64,000 nt of DNA, from positions 1 through 64,000 of the forward strand of contig ADNK01002807.1 of assembly GCA_000320545.1 (NCBI GenBank), given 5' to 3'. Made by a program: the position numbers and the translations under genes. This DNA comes from Bigelowiella natans CCMP2755. Its lineage: Eukaryota; Protista; Cercozoa. The notes under the pieces were generated by a model. That model was not told where the DNA came from and made no database searches. It saw only the letters and a list, made by a program, of their open reading frames with translations. Positions 26,850-43,628 of this stretch are shown here, one piece after another (within the stretch, counting starts at the first letter, position 1; the number at the start of each line of letters is the position of its first letter).

Positions 26850-27477
26850 CATTAATGACGACGACTTATGAAATAAATACTGACAAACATATAACCAAAC
26901 AATGCTTCCAGAAACCTTGCCATGGATGGGGTAGCACCACGAGCCAAGATAAATCAGCAGAGGGCAAGGAGATACAAGTCCTCGGCTGAAAAGCAGAAGA
27001 AATTCAAACTATTTGAAATGGAGGGAAAAAATAGTAATGAGGAGAAACAAGGAGAAGAAACAACGAATCCTCGATTCTTCGACTCTAACGTGATATCGCC
27101 GGGGACTGAATTCATGGAGCTTCTTTCTGTGTAATTGATGTGTTGCATGATGGTAGAGGATACCCTTCTCAGTGAAGAATTAATGAAGAATAACGACTTA
27201 TTATCATCCCAGCGATTCATTCATTCTAGGTACTTGAGATATCATTTCTCCGCAAAGAATGCAAATTTATCTCCATTTCTTCAATCTTTGGTGGTGGTAT
27301 TCTCTGATGCACGTGTACCTGGAGAGGGAGAGCACAAGATCCTGGCGTTTGTACGTTCTCAACCAGCAAATCTGCGGCATCTTATTGTGGGTGATGATGC
27401 TGATTTGCTCTTGTTGGGTATTACTACTTTCAATTACATATCATTGACCTGAATATGTAACACACACACACACACAC

Positions 27478-27528
<51 letters not shown>

Positions 27529-29377
27529 ATGTCTGTAAAAAGGAATGGCATGCCGCAAGAGAGCTCCTCGATTCACGATCTTGCGATCCATGAATCGCAA
27601 TAAGAACAACAGCAGCAGCAAGAAGACCGAGTACTCCGTGATAGATGTGCCAGGAGTCGTGGAAGACCTCAAAAACAGGCTTTATGCTCAACTAAAGAAG
27701 CAAATGTCTTATGATAGTAAAAAGAACAACAAGAATAAATCTCTTCTGAATAAAGTGAGCAACCCCAAGAGTGCTGGAAGCAGTAGCAGTAGCAGTAATA
27801 ATAGAAGTGAAGATGGGGGGGGTAACGCAAGCAATGATGAGAAATGTATTTCTGCACCATCATCGCCATCATCATCATTACTATTATTGTCGGAGATTGA
27901 CAAAGAAAGACTAGTCGATGATTTGATATACCTTGCAAGCCTTGTTGGAAACGGTAGTAAGTAGTTAGTAGCAAACTATACGGCGGATTAATAAATGATG
28001 GCCAGACTACTTCTTTACAAAAACTACAACTAGATTGTGACTTCTGTACAAAACAATAACCATTGCCATCATCTTGGCCATTGTCGTTACGATCATCAAT
28101 CATCAATCATCATCGCCCCAACACATGAAATGTGCCTCACTAACATAATGCTGAACTTAACTTCTGATTTATATCCAGATTTCCTTCCGAGCTTACCGGC
28201 CAGCAACATATTTGATGGAGGCTTAGATTTGGCTATTGAAGCGTACATAGATCACTTGTCTAAATCATTGAGCAGCAGCTGTATACGATCGAGAACATCA
28301 TCTGCAGCCAAAGATAAAATAGGGTCATTATCCATCGCGGAGAGAATATGTACATTGTGTACTCTTCCGCCTTTATTTATATGATGATTTCCATACGATC
28401 ATTATCACGATAATAGCCATTTTCATCGCTATCATCATCATCATCATCATCATCATGCTCTATTTCTTCCTTATACTTCTTTAACACGTGCTGCAGGTAC
28501 CTAACAAACTCAAACTACTCGCCATCATCATCATCGTCGTCGTCATCATCAGCAGCGCTTTCTCCTTCTTGCTGTATCAACGGTGGGAATGTGAAGAAAG
28601 TGCTTGCAACTTTGGCGTCCATTGAACATGTGATGATCGAGAAAAAATGGTCAAAATCCATAAGATACTCTGGCAGCAAAGGGACTAGAAATGGGGGGGG
28701 GGGTAAAGACTCGCAGCAAAAAAAGAAGCTTGAAGATATGTGGAGAGACGCTATCTCAGAAGAGGTGATGCTCATCAATAATTCATCATCTTCTCCAGTA
28801 CTAAAACAATAGTGCTAAGGTTGGCGGCGGTGTGTAATGATATCATCATTACTACCATCATCATCATCATCATCATCATCATCATACCCAGCAGTAATGA
28901 TGAGAATATTCATACAAATTGTCACTTCTGCTACCAACAGGCTGAAGCAATGGGAGATAACACGGCCGCATCCCTCGCAGGTTTGGCAGACGACGACATC
29001 AACGTTGCGTGGGATCTTGCGAAGAAACGAGCGGAAGAGAACAAATCAACCCTTGCCTTTTACCAGAAACACCCAGAATACCTTCGACTTTACTACGATG
29101 CTGATCTTGCTACTCCTCCTTCCAGGAGTAGTGGTAGCAGCAGCAGCAGCAGCACTGAGGATGGGAAGATCATGAGCAGCATCAATGACTTCAAGGACAA
29201 ATGGGGATGGAGATGGCAGTAATAATATTCATAGTGAATAAAAATAAGAATCATGATAGCACAACCATAATCGTTGGCACGGTAGAAGGTCAGGAGCTGG
29301 GTTGTTTGTGCGTAGTGAGTGAACGGCTGCATGCGCCAAGAGAGAGCACCTTTTCTCTTCGATGTGAGATAGTATTA

Positions 29378-29413
<36 letters not shown>

Positions 29414-29455
29414 TGGGGAGGGGACGATGACGCAATTTTCCTTAAAACACACACA

Positions 29456-29501
<46 letters not shown>

Positions 29502-30573
29502 CACACATACACACATACACAAGGTACTACCTGCTGAAAGTGGCTCAATATGAGGGATTGGACGCTGTCAGTGCTATGGGGAAAGCTTACGCAGCAGGAC
29601 TTGCTTTTGTGTATCATTACTACTTCAGAGGAGTCCCTGCATGGAGCTTTCACTACCCGTATTATGACTAACATCACCTACCTTCTACTACAACATTTTA
29701 TGCTTCTATTCATTGATCGTATCAGCGATTATATAATTGCGGGTGTGCTCGTTTACTAGGTTCCACTATGCGCCATTGACCATTGATTTGGCAAGCACAC
29801 CGAAGAGTTATTTTAACCCTCAATGGAGTAGTTGTTGTGATAATGAGAAACAAGAAGAAGGAAAGCAAGAATATGCGCGAAAATGTGGTAATCTTGACTC
29901 TACCACCCACTCCAATATGACGATGGCAACGAAGCGAAAAGAGCTGAAGAATTTACTGAATGGAGAGGTGGTGGGAGATATGAAAAGTGCAATGTCACGA
30001 ATAATGGCAAGAGCATTAACATCGTCATCATCGTCATCATCATCATCATCATTGAGAATCAAAGGAAAAGGGCGAGAGGGGGAGAAAAAGGAACTTCTTG
30101 CTAGTCCCCCCCCTCCTCTACCGAGCCATTATGAGCCACTATTCAACTACTCATCACGGACAGAGAAAGATCGATTTGATGTTGATGATGATAATGATGA
30201 TGATAAAAGCAGCAGCACTGCGAGTATGGTTATCACGGGTAAGGCAGGGTCTCCCATCCCACCGTTAGTGCAGCTCCTTGCTATTCTGCCACCTGCTAGT
30301 GGGCATGCCCTCCCAACTCCTCTAAGAGCATTGCAAGATGTTGGGACCTTTTCCGATCTTCATGGCAACCAGTTTTATCCTTCTCTTGGCAAGCTAACAA
30401 ACCTCACAGATGTCATGGGAGAACCTGAGAGGTAGTAGCAGTAGCAGTAGCAGTAGCAGTAGCAGTAGCAATGATACAGTAGCAAGCAGTGTATAGAGAC
30501 ATGTGGCAGTCGATGTGCTCAGCAGTAGCAGCAGTAGCAAGATCCATGTTCAACAAACCATTGCTCATACCAT

Positions 30574-30621
<48 letters not shown>

Positions 30622-30683
30622 GAGAAAAGGAACACCGTCGCAACCACTGAGATAACGTCATCCTAATCATCATCTTTGATGAG

Positions 30684-30718
<35 letters not shown>

Positions 30719-31110
30719 CAATTAGTACACACTAATGTTCTTCCATGCATCCATCCTTAGGCCGTGGCTTTGGGTTGTGCGGCTGCCGTTCCTTCCGCTT
30801 TATGGTCTCTGTAAGGCGGTTGATGAGCTAGAATGCTTGTTCACGGCGAAGGAGAAGGCCCGGAACATGGCAGTTCTATCCCCTTTTGTGATTCGGTTTC
30901 CCCTCAGAAAGAAGCTGCTGTTGGCCGAGGTGAATGATGATGATGATGATGATGATGATGAAGAGGAGGAGGATAAGAAGGAAGAAGAAGAAGAAGAAGA
31001 AGCAGTAGGAGGAGGTAAATGGTGGAAGGTGCTATTCTCAAGAAGAGGACTGCTACTACAGGGAGGAGCTGTGGTGATAGCAGCAGTAGCAGCAGCAGCA
31101 TTAAAGATCA

Positions 31111-31147
<37 letters not shown>

Positions 31148-31486
31148 TAAAAAGGCATTAGCAGTTGGGGGTCTTGCAGGCGTTGTAGGTGTTGTGGGAA
31201 TAAGATCGCTTATTCTTGGATTATTCGGTACCAAAACGCCAAGCGAGAAGGCTGCATCATTGCCACCCGGTTGGCATGGTACTCATATGGTACTATTACA
31301 CTTTCAATCGATGCTTCTGGGGAAATTTTTCCGTCCACTATCATGCTCCTCCTCCTCATCATCATCATCATCATCATCATCACCATTAGAGGTGGCAATA
31401 GCAGAAGCTGGAAAAGAAGGCTGGTACCAGTTTGAATGCAGCCCCACCGCAACCCAGATTTCTCACCCCTCATCATCATCATCATC

Positions 31487-31517
<31 letters not shown>

Positions 31518-32328
31518 CCTACAGCAGCAACGGATGGAAAAGGGGTAGTAATAAAAGGGGAGGGAACTGGAAAGACTCCTTCAAAAAATTCAAAGTCTCA
31601 TCATTATTCTAAGAGGAACAGCCATAGCTTCAGGAAAAGAAGGGGGGGGAGGGGTCGTAAATGTCCTTCCCTTTACTCACTGAGAAAGGAGGCACACTAC
31701 CGTGCAAGGTGGGTGTTCAAAATGCATTTCTTATTCAACAACTAAGGAATAGAGAAGACAATTAGCAACATCATGATCAACAACATTAGAAAAGTTTATG
31801 CGTAATTCGTATTACATCTTAAAAAGAGAGGAAAACCGGAACAACAACCGAGCATAACACACATTCTATTTGTTGCGTGATTGTATCAGGCCGTTGCAAC
31901 AACAGCTTCGCGAGCAGATAGAGTTTTACTTTGGCGACTCGAATTTCTCACGGGATCGATTCCTGCAATCCAAGCAAGTTGCGACCACCTCTTCAATAAT
32001 AGACAGAAAGCTAGTAAACATGGGCGATGATGCCAAAAACATCGGCACGGTAGGAGTTGATCATGGTGAGAAGGAAGGTGGCCAAGGTTCTACAGCTGTT
32101 AAAGAAAATAAGACGACGACACGCATGGAAACCGATCCAGTAAACCCACACATTGGAACAGGATGGATACCGATCGCTGAGATAATGCAATTTAACCGAT
32201 TGCGTATTATCTTAGCACAAGTACCAGAGCGTGAGAACCGAGACTTGGTGTCAGCTTCCATCAGGGAATCTTCTGTGGTCATTGCCTCAGAATGTAAGAA
32301 TTATCTGCGCCGTAGAGTCGCTGTGTAG
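25952..32328 (+). CDS. XRN-family 5'-3' exoribonuclease with a C-terminal La motif (winged-helix LAM) domain
   Basis: ATG|intron|GVPGLFPWF; CLHLDLNGFIH, AMDGVAPRAKINQQRARRY, FDSNVISPGTEFM, VPGEGEHKI, GDDADLLLL, VGN|DFLPSLP, YYFRGVPAWS, HYAPL, PLVQLLAILPP, WVVRLPF. Final intron 31709-31889 joins in frame to LREQIEFYFGDSNFSRDRFL...GWIPIAEIMQFNRLR (La motif). Confidence 0.88.
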
Positions 32329-33178
32329 CACATAGTATTAATGCAATCTGGGACAGCAGAGACGCCCACCTTACGATATTTCGCCAAAGCAGTCTTGACG
32401 AACTTGATGACCAATTAAATCTATTGTTCAATGGCGTTGTCCAATGACGCTAATCCATGCTAGACATGTTGTGTATTTATGCGCGCATAACGTACAACGC
32501 TTCCCTGCACGCATGGGCTTGTCTGGCCATGATTCACTTTCAAATTGACTGACAACAAGTAAATGCGGGATCCACGTGCATTGTACGTTTTTGTTTGGAC
32601 TGTACGCTAGTACCTAGAGTACGTGCTAGTGCAACTGATCGATGTGTGTTTGCACGTCGCTGCTACGACAGTAGCCACGTATGGCCTCACGACAATCATG
32701 GCTCATTGCATCTGGATAGCTAGCTGCAATAGTGCATTAGATCAATGTAATGAATGTTTCAAAAATTTTAATCGTCAGCCTAGTTGAGCATGCTGAACGG
32801 CGGTGGTGCTTGTGATCAAAGCGAGATGCATGGTGGGGCGCGCTTAGTCTTTGTAGGCGTTACTTGTTGTCACCAAGCATGTACAGAATCGAATTGGCCG
32901 CACGTGCATGCTTGATACCACACTAGCACGACCGATAGATTGTGAAAATCTTGTTTTTTAATATTTGAACTTTGACGACTTACAAATGTGTGTTAAAGAG
33001 GAATTAACTAATAAATCGGAAGCTTTTAGTGAACATTTCTTGTCCAGAGGTGTAGAATACAGAATATGCATCCACCTTATGAAGACTGGCGTTCCATAAT
33101 TCTCGCAAAAGCTACGTGCAGTAGTAGCTCAAAGGAAATTTTAAGAATGACGTTGCCGGATTGATGAGACCTATCCAA

Positions 33179-36160
<2,982 letters not shown>

Positions 36161-36644
36161 TATTTCTGGATGGCCTGCGTTGCAGGAGTGCTGTTTAAAA
36201 GGCAGAGAAGCAAAGTAAGCTATCCATTTGGTCATGATGTACACACTACTACGGTGAAAAGCCATAAAGCATCCACCCACCCACCCTTAATGGTTGAATG
36301 AATGATGTTACACAGCACTTTTCCTTGAAATAATAATAATAATGCCTACGACAGAGAATCATCGTCAATAACTCCTAAGAAACAATGCCATTTTCATCAA
36401 AATCAACAAAGAGGTGGTTTCAGCCTCTAAGTAATCTCCTAATCTCTACATAATCTCCAAAACTGTGGCAGAATCTCTTTTTTTGTTCCTGGAGCATAGC
36501 ATGTTGTCCTCTTTTTCATGTATCATGCATTTTGCGCCTAAATTCAATGTCGCAGGGACGAAAAAGAATGGCATTTTAGGTGAGGAAACACGTGTACCCC
36601 ACTACGCCTCATCAGATCACTCTCCTGATCAGCATCGAAAAGTG

Positions 36645-37132
36645 ATGAGGGGGAGGCACGCGATGCGTTTTGCGTTTGTAGTAGTTGCTGCCTTGCTTTT
36701 AGTTGCCAGCATCTCCCTGAGATCAGTACCCCCGCTCCGATCCGCAAAGATCGGGGCCACCACCACAGTAGTCGCAAGCAGTTCAAGATCATTCGTGAGC
36801 ATGAAGAGAGGATCCTTAAGTGGTGGTAGCAGAAACTTGCCCTTCTTTGTCAGCACAAAATACCAGGAAGGAGATAATGAAAAAGGAGGACCTATTCGGT
36901 AGAAGTAGTAGTATTGTAGTAGTCACACATAATTCCAGAGGGAGGAGTAGGAGGAGGAGGGACGGTCATCATCAGCGTTAGGGAGGGATTGTGCTTAGTC
37001 ACAACACGATAACAATTGAAGGTCCCACGTTTATTATTATTATTATCCTCGATTGATCACGTTTATTAGAGACTGGAGGAAAACATCACGGCCAATCAAA
37101 CCAGGAGGTAAAAATATATGACTACGATATTT

Positions 37133-37165
<33 letters not shown>

Positions 37166-37596
37166 ATCAAACTGATAGTGTGCACGATATTCGAATAATT
37201 GATGATTGTCACGAATGTAAAATGCTAGGAACATATCCTGCGAAAGAGCATTGCAGTCAATGTGGGCTATGTGACACGTACGTTGTTTAGTACACATTAT
37301 TATGAATAATATGCAGTATCCGGTAGTAGGATTGGAGACTAAGTAGTGGATACCAACAGCGATAGAAATGGTTGTGTATCGATTCTATGTACTATCATTT
37401 GAGAACTCTCTGGAAGTATTGCTGTCTTGACACAGCCATCACTCATATATCTTATTACTACAGTTATTATATTGCTCATGTAAAGGAGGCTTGTGCGTTT
37501 TTGGGAGGTAGAAGTACCTATCTATATACCTACTGCTACAAGTTTGGTGCTGGTGGTGGGGGTAGGGTTGGGTACATACATAATAGCCAAGAGTGT

Positions 37597-37642
<46 letters not shown>

Positions 37643-38486
37643 TAGGAGCAGGAGGAACAAGCTGCCCGTGAATCAGAATAGCGGTATTACAATAATCGCA
37701 AAAGGAAGGATTGAAAAACAACAACAGCCTTTCTTGGGTGTCTTCTACTAGTCGCCTCCGTAGTAGTGACATCATCTTGTTGTTGGTTTGCTATAGATGG
37801 AATGTCTAAGGTGGAAAAGCTAGAGGCAGGAGTGCATGGAAGAAAGAGAGGTATTCTTCCTTCAGTTCATCATTACCATCATCGCCACCATCTTCTTTTT
37901 CTTTCTCTTCTAAAACTCGAAGAATGCTTCTGCTGCTGATGTTGATTAGATGAATATGATGGCAACACTGTCAACCTTATTTTTCACAAAAAAGTTTTGA
38001 TGTTGATCTGTGCAGCCAAATATTGTATTTTATGGTTTACGACATGAAAGTTTGGCAAAGTAGCCTCGATTGCATTGAGGCATGATATTCGCCTTTTTTT
38101 TGTATCTATCGTCACTAGATATGGCCGACATGAATCAAGTACACTTTGGGGTGTACGACGACATCATGTGAGTAGTATCTAGTGTGTGTGTGTGTGTGTT
38201 TGTGTGTGTGTTTCTACACTGCCATACCCACGGTTATTAGCAGTACTATCAGTGAATTTGTGATCATTGTTTACTTGATGGTTGACGTCATTTGATGTGC
38301 TAAAACTACAACTACTATGACTATTACTGCTACTCGTCATCAGATATGCACGGAAAAAGCAGCCTCTACCTGGGGCGCAGTGGACGGGTAAATGTTGATA
38401 TATATGATATTATTGTGCAAGCAGCAGCAGCAGCAGCAGAGCATTAACGCATCTTGAAACATGAATCAACGACGAAAAGAAGAAGA

Positions 38487-38524
<38 letters not shown>

Positions 38525-39824
38525 GTTTTAGCTTGAAGACTAGGGGGGGGGAGGGTTGCTCCTTTTTGGTTTTTCCTATCTCTTCTTCTTCTTCTTGATG
38601 TGTTTCTCTATATCTTCTTCGTTCATTGCAGGTTGATTCAATTTCTAAATAACATCATATAATTTTAGGGATTGTCACGTCTGTTGCTATGCAAATGCTT
38701 CAGTCAGGCAAAGTTGACGGGGTAAGTTATTAGTACTTGATTGTTAAATGAAGATGGAGATGCATAATGCACTTGATATCAATGCTAATTATTACTACAC
38801 GCACACCAAGTTAGTGGTGGTGAGAAGACCTCCTCCTTCTCCTCCTCTTCCTCCTCTTCCTCCTCTAATTGTTCTATTGCCGTCGAAGCTGCTATCAGCA
38901 TTGAATATTGGATAAAACCCTTCTATAAACATGAACTTCTTCTTCTTCTGCTTCTTCTTCTTCTTCTTCTTCTTCTTCTTCTTCTTCTTCAACTACTACT
39001 TCTTCTTCTTCTTCTTCTTCTTCTTCAACTTCTTGTTGTCGTTCTGATAACATGTTGTTACTATGTTAAGGTTGTTTGCGTCCAGAGCCAAGATAATGAC
39101 CCAATGGCCCCTAAACCGATTCTTGCCACTTCGGTTCTAGCTCATACCCCTAACACCACGCGATTATATTGTTGATACTAAATACACAACGCAACATAAC
39201 ACAACAAAATAATATTCATATTCTGTCTAAGTAGATATGCGCGCGCGCGCGTGTGTGTGTGTGTGTGTATGGGTGTGGGTTGCAAGAGTGTGCAGCATAA
39301 ATGTTGGTGCATCTTTATTTCATATGATGATGTTTGCATTTTAATGTGTGAGTCGCCATCGTTGCGCTGAAAGAGTATTCACCTATACCACACATAATAT
39401 ACATAATATACATAACATGATATACCTAATCTGACTACTACTACCAGGTGGAAGAGGTGTTGGCTTCACGTGGAGTTAAACCTTGCCTCTCACCGAATCT
39501 AAGCGTATTAGATGAAGTGATAAATAACCACATTTCACAACATATTATATACCATAGAGATGATAGTGACAAGTGCATAGTTGTCCTATTGCCATTCCTC
39601 TTTCTTGCTTCCTCTTCTTCTTCTTCTTCTTCTTCTTCTTCTTCTTCTATTCTTCTTCTGCTACTACTACAACTACACAACAACAACAACTACTACTACT
39701 ACTGCTACTACTACTACCACTAAATAGTAAAAGTATTAATGATGATGAAAACACAAAACAGGTGGAGAAGAAAGGGATTAAAAGTCTGCTGTTTATCGGA
39801 GTCGGTTGCTCGGTAGATGCCACC

Positions 39825-39859
<35 letters not shown>

Positions 39860-41532
39860 CAACAACAACAACAACAAGTAGTAGCCAGCAAATTCAATGC
39901 AACGAGCAGACCTTGTTTCATTTTGGAGAACGAAGAAGAAAGATCGAAGAAGCATCTTTATCATCATACAATTCAGGAGGAGAAGAGATTTACTAGTCTT
40001 CTTCTTCTTCTACTACTACTTCTTCTTCTTTCTACGCAAATTGATTACTGCATCGTCATCATCATCATCATCAGGTATCAGCTTTGAGAGCAATAGAGCC
40101 GCATCTTCGCCAGGTAAATGTGACGATAAAGATGATGGTGAGGGTATGATGATGATGATGATGATAATGATAATGATGATGATGATTTCTAATCATAAAA
40201 CGACGCAGAAAACTGCTGTGCTGGTGTGCGCTATTATTATTATTATTAGTAGTAGTAGTAGTAGTAGAGGAAGGAAGACTATCACTGAAAGCAGCCCTGA
40301 TGATGATCATCTACACTGATAATGATCAAGCTTGATTGTAGTATTTGTAACTACTAAATGCGGCTGTAGATTAATACTATTGTATCATTCATGGGAATAG
40401 TTGTCGTTGTTGTTAATGATGATGATGACGATGACGATGATGATGATGGTGATGATGATTCGGTTGATCGTTGTCATCACTGCGGCTACTAATTACTTAC
40501 TTCAAACTTACTTACTACATACAGGGGGGATTAGAGAACCTATATGTTCTTGGAACTTTCTGCGTCGATAATGGGCCAAACAAAGGTACTAATTCTACTA
40601 GTGCAAATTACAAACAGTAGTACCATTTTTCACACAAACAGCGACCACTCCCCACCCCCCCAAAAACACTTACACATTACATCACATCACATCACATCAC
40701 ATCAGGATTGAAGAAGTTCATAACATCACATCACATCACATCACATCAGGATTGAAGAAGTTCATAACATCACATCACATCACATCACATCACATCAGGA
40801 TTGAAGAAGTTCTTGAAAGCTGCGTCTGATGTATGTATTTATTCAAAACATATTTATAAGAAAGAGGAGCTCGCCTACTCACTCACTCACTAAAAATATG
40901 TCATATCTCTTGTTGAATATCTATAATACAATAGAATCAGTAACAATTTACGTATTATTCGTGGGTCATCATGTTTGCTTCCTTTCATCATCGTTATCAC
41001 TATCATCATCATTGTAATTATCAGCATCACCATCATCATCATCATCATCATCATCATCCTCGTGTTGATTATCGGATCATTAGGAACCTGAAACTGTGAC
41101 AAACTACGAATTCATGCAGGATTATAACGTACAAATAATATATAAAGAGAGCACTTAAACAACAACAGATGACAGTAGTGATAGTAACACATCGTATACA
41201 AAGAAGAAAAACGCTAATTACGCTTCGATATCATCACAGAGCATGAGTATGATCATTGCCATAATCACGATCAGGTTCATCTTAAGCATGATGATGGACG
41301 TATGGAAAAGACACCTTACTTCAGTCTCCCTGCTGATGATCTCAAGGTGATAATGATCATAATAGCAGTGTTGTTGTTGTTGTTGTTGTTGTTGTTGTCG
41401 CTAAAGATGATGATGATGACCACCAATGATTTACTACAAACTACAAACAGGATGTGATTGCGCCTTCATGTTACTCTTGCTTCGACTACATGAATAATCT
41501 TGCTGACCTTGTTGTTGGGTATGTGTATGTGT

Positions 41533-41567
<35 letters not shown>

Positions 41568-41897
41568 AGTAGTAATAGTAGTAGTTGTTGTTGTTGTTGT
41601 TGTAATCTCCCTCCCGTTTTTGTTACTTCCTTTTTCTTTGCTCATCGTTCTCTCCAAACTTGTGTGGTTTGTCTTTTGTTGTCAGTTGTACGCGACTTAA
41701 TTGTTATCATTATTGCAATAAGATGTTATTGATATCTGGATTATTTATAATTGTACACACCACTGCAAGGTATATGGGGGTACCGTGGCAAAATCGAGAC
41801 ATGAATGAGCATGAGCAGGTAGTAGATCCTCCGCTACATACATACATACATACATACTATACATACATCAACAACTAATTGCTGTTTACTACGTTGT

Positions 41898-41931
<34 letters not shown>

Positions 41932-43214
41932 AGACGGTTGTCGTACGAAATGCTAAGGGTTCCGAGATGCTTGAGCTGGTATGATCAGAAGTGTTGTGAT
42001 GCCTACTACTGGTTATGGCATCAACGCCACACCAACCACTTGTTTAAGATGATAGCATTGTTTGTGTTCATATTCAATGGTGCTTATGATGAAGAATCAA
42101 TGAATGAATTCATGCTGTTTATAATAGATCAGGTCAGATTTGGACATATCCCCTCCCATGGAATCAGGAGATCGAACCCCATTTGTGCTTGAGGTAGGAA
42201 GAGGAGGAGGAGGAAAATGATGAGGAGTAGTAGGGGAAGGAAAAGGAAAGGGATATCAAGCATCAACTGATTTTCGCAAAGAATCTTCTTTTTCAATACA
42301 ACCCAGTCATTACCATCATCATCATCACCAATATCAATTTCTTTATTAGCATCAATAGCATCATCGTTGTTCCCATTATTATTCTCTCTATCATCCTCAT
42401 CATTGATCAATTATCATCTTTATAATTACATCAGACAGTTAAGACCGATGATCAGGCTACTCTAGGGCCAGAATATGGCGGTTATACTACTACTAATACT
42501 ACTACTAATACTACTACTACTTCTAACATACAACCTACTACTGAACATTGTAGAAATGTAGCAGCAGTAGCATTTACGTCGTACGATTTAGAAAATTCGT
42601 TAATTAATCGTTCCCAACAACATAGGCACCACGCAGCAGCCAGCTCCAAGATTTGTAGGGAGGATCATAGCATGGATTCTTGAAAAGGTAGGTGTGATCG
42701 ACTTATTGATTGATTTAGTGGTTTGTGTACTATAGGGGTGTTTGTTTGTTCATCTGAGTTGTAGATATTTTGGTATCATCCATTCACGATGGTATAATAT
42801 GAGCTGTGTTGCTACTGCTGCTGCATGTGCTCTGTCTTCTGTTCTGCGCTTATTGCGGGTGGTGTCATCATCATCCTCCTCCTCATCATCATCATCATCA
42901 GATTGGGCCTAAAGGCCTGGAATTCGCTAGATATAGCCTTGACTATCACTGGATTCGGTAGTGTTTTCATTATAATCGTCATCACTATCATCATTATCAT
43001 CATCATGGTTCGCATGGTAATATAAGTGTAAAATATTATGTCATTGAGCAACAATAACAAAAAAATGATTGCAAACGTATTAATTCCCCTATTTCCATGA
43101 TAGAAGACTGGAACTCATACATAATATCCCCTAAATATCATCAACACAACGTAGAAACTATCTTTATGTACAACGCAACTTCAAAGCAGAACATGCTGAT
43201 CGGTATTAGTAGTT

Positions 43215-43247
<33 letters not shown>

Positions 43248-43628
43248 CATACCAACAACGAATTAGAGATCTCGAAGAGTATCAGTATCGTATCAATAGA
43301 CTGAAGAACCATTAGAATATTAAGGAATCGCTAAAAAGCACAAATTGCAAAATATGTATCGGCTCGTTTGCCAAGTGATTGAGCGTATAAGAGAGAATTT
43401 GTGGTCATCAATGGGTATGCCTTCTTTCTCTAAGACGTGCACGTAATAAACATATCACAAAATAAAAATAGTATAGCAAATCACAAAAACAACACCCCTA
43501 TACTCTCGCCATTGTATTGCAGACATGTACCAGAGTACGTGAAAAAAATTGTTTCGGAATATGACAAGAATGGTGAGGTCACCAAACGCAGTATGCTTGG
43601 ACGCCGTCCACCAAAGAAGCTCTTTTAG
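36645..43628 (+). CDS. HCAR: 7-hydroxymethyl chlorophyll a reductase (FrhB/FdhB-like), plastid-targeted, ~25 exons
   Basis: Exons spell YPAKEHCSQCGLCDTYYIAHVKEACAFLG, GAQWTGIVT, VVCVQS, RGVKPCLSPNLSVL, GVGC, LYVLGTFCVDNG, YEFMQDY, PYFSLP, VIAPSCYSCFDYMNNLADLVVGYMGVP, IGPKGLEFARYSLDYHWIRNYLYV. Leader: signal peptide MRFAFVVVAALLLVASISL then an S/R-rich region. Start may lie further upstream (in-frame ATG at ~36501). Confidence 0.93.
40677..40813 (+). repeat. Triplicated 3' splice-site unit: (CATCA)n-G|GATTGAAGAAGTTC
   Basis: Three copies with AG ending at 40705, 40749 and 40798 (units of 44 and 49 nt); only the third continues into HCAR coding sequence (GLKKFLKAASD). Confidence 0.9.

Noticed and set aside
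31870-32328. Stand-alone La-domain gene
   Set aside because: No ATG before the domain or room for a promoter; a good acceptor at 31889 joins it in frame to XRN.
40677-40813. CRISPR-like repeat-spacer look
   Set aside because: The spacers are the same CATCA microsatellite, the context is a eukaryotic intron and no cas genes are present; it is a splice-site duplication.
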